50,916 nucleotides of DNA, from the NCBI GenBank assembly GCA_040264895.1, contig JBDQHL010000005.1:1-50916 (forward strand), given 5' to 3'. The position numbers and the translations under genes were made by a program. Of this stretch, positions 49,630-50,916 are shown one piece after another (positions within the stretch are counted from its first letter, which is position 1; each line of letters starts with the position of its first letter). The stretch is from Bacteroidota bacterium. Its GTDB lineage: Bacteria; Bacteroidota; Ignavibacteria; Kapaibacteriales; UBA2268. The notes below the pieces were generated by a model. It worked only from the letters and a program-made list of their open reading frames with translations, made no database searches and had not been told where the DNA came from.

Positions 49630-49722
49630 ATGCCAAGTGGAAAAAAGAGAAAGGGCAAGAAAATGTCCACTCACAAGCGTAAGAAAAGATTACGTAAGAA
49701 CAGACACAAGAAAAAGAAATAA
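49630..49722 (+). CDS. 30S ribosomal protein bS22 (mS38/COX24/AURKAIP1-like), 30 aa; missed by ORF track
   Basis: MPSGKKRKGKKMSTHKRKKRLRKNRHKKKK-TAA, preceded by SD-like AGGTGAT. Confidence 0.88.
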   Translation: MPSGKKRKGKKMSTHKRKKRLRKNRHKKKK

Positions 49723-49732
49723 CCTTTTTTTC

Positions 49733-49760
49733 TAAAGTTAAAACAAATTACTGCCGATAT
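49733..49760 (+). promoter_or_regulatory. Putative sigma28 (FliA/SigD) promoter
   Basis: TAAAGTTA-N12-GCCGATAT (equivalently TAAA-N16-GCCGATAT), 7 nt before ATG 49768. Confidence 0.65.
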
Positions 49761-49767
49761 TATATGT

Positions 49768-50151
49768 ATGGTCAACGCTATGCAAAATATCGGCAGTTTT
49801 AATTTGGACAGCCCTGTCAGAAAAGAAAAGACAGAGGTGCTATCATTAGCCAAATTAACACTACAAGACTTACCACAGAACTCATTCAGCAAGGTATTCA
49901 ACCGAGTTGATAATTTTCTTGATTTTGGTAGCTCCAAGAATTTAGATTTCAGCCACTTCAGCGATGAGGAAATGGAATCATTCCTAAAAGTAATGTCAAC
50001 ACTGATGAAAGAAGGAATAGTCGGCTATGAGTACTATGAAGTAAACGGCCGAATAGAAAAACACTTCATGACTACATCCATAGGCAATAGACGACTATAT
50101 GGTGCAGAGTGGCAACCACGTGAAGATAACCGCGGCGGCTGGTTGGTGTGA
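49768..50151 (+). CDS. Hypothetical protein of unknown function
   Basis: 127-aa ORF with natural-looking composition (EEMESFLKVMSTLMKEGIVGYEYYEVNG); alternative ATG at 49780. Confidence 0.75.
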   Translation: MVNAMQNIGSFNLDSPVRKEKTEVLSLAKLTLQDLPQNSFSKVFNRVDNFLDFGSSKNLDFSHFSDEEMESFLKVMSTLMKEGIVGYEYYEVNGRIEKHFMTTSIGNRRLYGAEWQPREDNRGGWLV

Positions 50152-50175
50152 AATAAACTCACTACAGTAATTTAT

Positions 50176-50315
50176 GCTCCTTTGGAGGAGCTGGCAGAAC
50201 TTGTCCTGACTGAGAAGGACAAAGTTCACCGAGCGTAGTCGAGGTGCCTACATCTCCTTAAATTGTTGTCCCTCTGAGGATGATTTAGCATCCGAAAAGT
50301 CTATCTCAATTTAAG
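50176..50315. repeat. Cluster of REP-like palindromes between convergent genes
   Basis: GCTCC-TTTGGA-GGAGC; GAACTTGTCC/GGACAAAGTTC; CACC-GAGCGTAGTCGA-GGTG; CTTAAATTG/CAATTTAAG enclosing GGATG/CATCC. Confidence 0.6.
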
Positions 50316-50375
50316 CAATGCCTTTGCGAATCGCTCTAATCTTCTATTATTCACTCCAAATAACCACCCAATGAT

Positions 50376-50916
50376 CTACCAAAGAATTTTAGTATCTGGT
50401 AACCAACCCTCAATTTTTGCTTTTTCTTCTTCAGAAAAGTTATTCCCCTGTAAAAGTAAAAACTCTAATTGGTCTTTTAAATCTTTGAGTGACTCAGGTA
50501 AAGTAGTTAAAAGATTATTCTCAATGTGTAACCTCTTAATATTATGTAAATTACCGATACTTTCAGGTAAAGCGGTTAATTGATTATTGGTTAGTTGTAA
50601 GTATACTAAATTTTTGATATTACCAATACTTTTTGGTAATGCTTTTAAGTTACAATTAAAAAGGTGTAGTTCTTCAATATTTTGTAGGTTATTTATACTT
50701 TCAGGTAAAGAATTTATTTGATTACCGGCAAGACTAAGATATTTTAGTGTTTTTAATTCACTAATAATATTAGGGTATTCACTTAATTCGTTCGACATCA
50801 AGTCTAATTGTATAATATTTTTGAGGTTACTTATGCTTTCAGGAATTGACTTTAATTGATTTTGCATTAGTGAAAGATATTGTATACTTTGAAGTTCACC
50901 AATATTATCAGGCAAA
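50376..50916 (-). CDS. Leucine-rich repeat protein, C-terminal part (start lies beyond the window)
   Basis: 23-aa repeats LPESIGNLxNLxxLxLxxNQL and C-terminal cap NNFSEEEKAKIEGWLPDTKILW. Confidence 0.92.
   Translation of the reverse strand, partial: LPDNIGELQSIQYLSLMQNQLKSIPESISNLKNIIQLDLMSNELSEYPNIISELKTLKYLSLAGNQINSLPESINNLQNIEELHLFNCNLKALPKSIGNIKNLVYLQLTNNQLTALPESIGNLHNIKRLHIENNLLTTLPESLKDLKDQLEFLLLQGNNFSEEEKAKIEGWLPDTKILW

Noticed and set aside
49145-49937. Minus-strand ORFs 49145-49591 and 49671-49937
   Set aside because: Antisense shadows of HU, bS22 and the sigma28-preceded gene
50152-50375. tRNA, riboswitch or CRISPR array in the GC-richer structured spacer
   Set aside because: No cloverleaf or T-loop/CCA pattern, no direct repeats with spacers, and it lies between two 3' ends rather than in a leader
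50376-50916. Periodic 69-nt DNA similarity as a repeat array or DGR target
   Set aside because: Fully explained by 23-aa LRR coding repeats; no reverse transcriptase or template repeat in the window

Overview
AT-rich chromosomal segment (roughly one-third GC by spot counts) from an FCB-group bacterium. T9SS-type C-terminal domains, a fused lpxC-fabZ, Bacteroidota-type purF, bS22 and TAnnTTTG promoter boxes support this, and an IgGFc-binding surface protein suggests a Kapabacteria/Chlorobi/Ignavibacteria-like lineage (inference). Most of the window is housekeeping and envelope biogenesis: lptA, lptD, uppS-bamA-skp-lpxD-lpxC/fabZ-lpxA, wbaP, cmk-ispH, ssb, purF, folE, rnhB, pepF and HU. The ORF track misses two real genes: a >1060-aa IgGFc-binding/Ig-repeat protein (1..3187, minus strand) and a 30-aa ribosomal protein bS22 (49630..49722). 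Accessory and unusual items are: (1) a decayed McrBC locus ending in an attC-like hairpin and flanked by GC-shifted core genes; (2) a secreted PNGase F-like protein whose catalytic domain is split by a ~545-aa LamG-containing insertion, next to an Ig-array T9SS protein; (3) an orphan gene behind a near-consensus sigma28 promoter with almost no leader; (4) a PTPS-II-type (BH4) synthase beside folE; (5) a frameshifted third Skp paralog; (6) a hybrid kinase with a dead receiver; and (7) REP-like palindrome clusters. I saw no rRNA, tRNA, CRISPR array, transposase or integrase, and no complete novel multi-gene system can be established from sequence alone.
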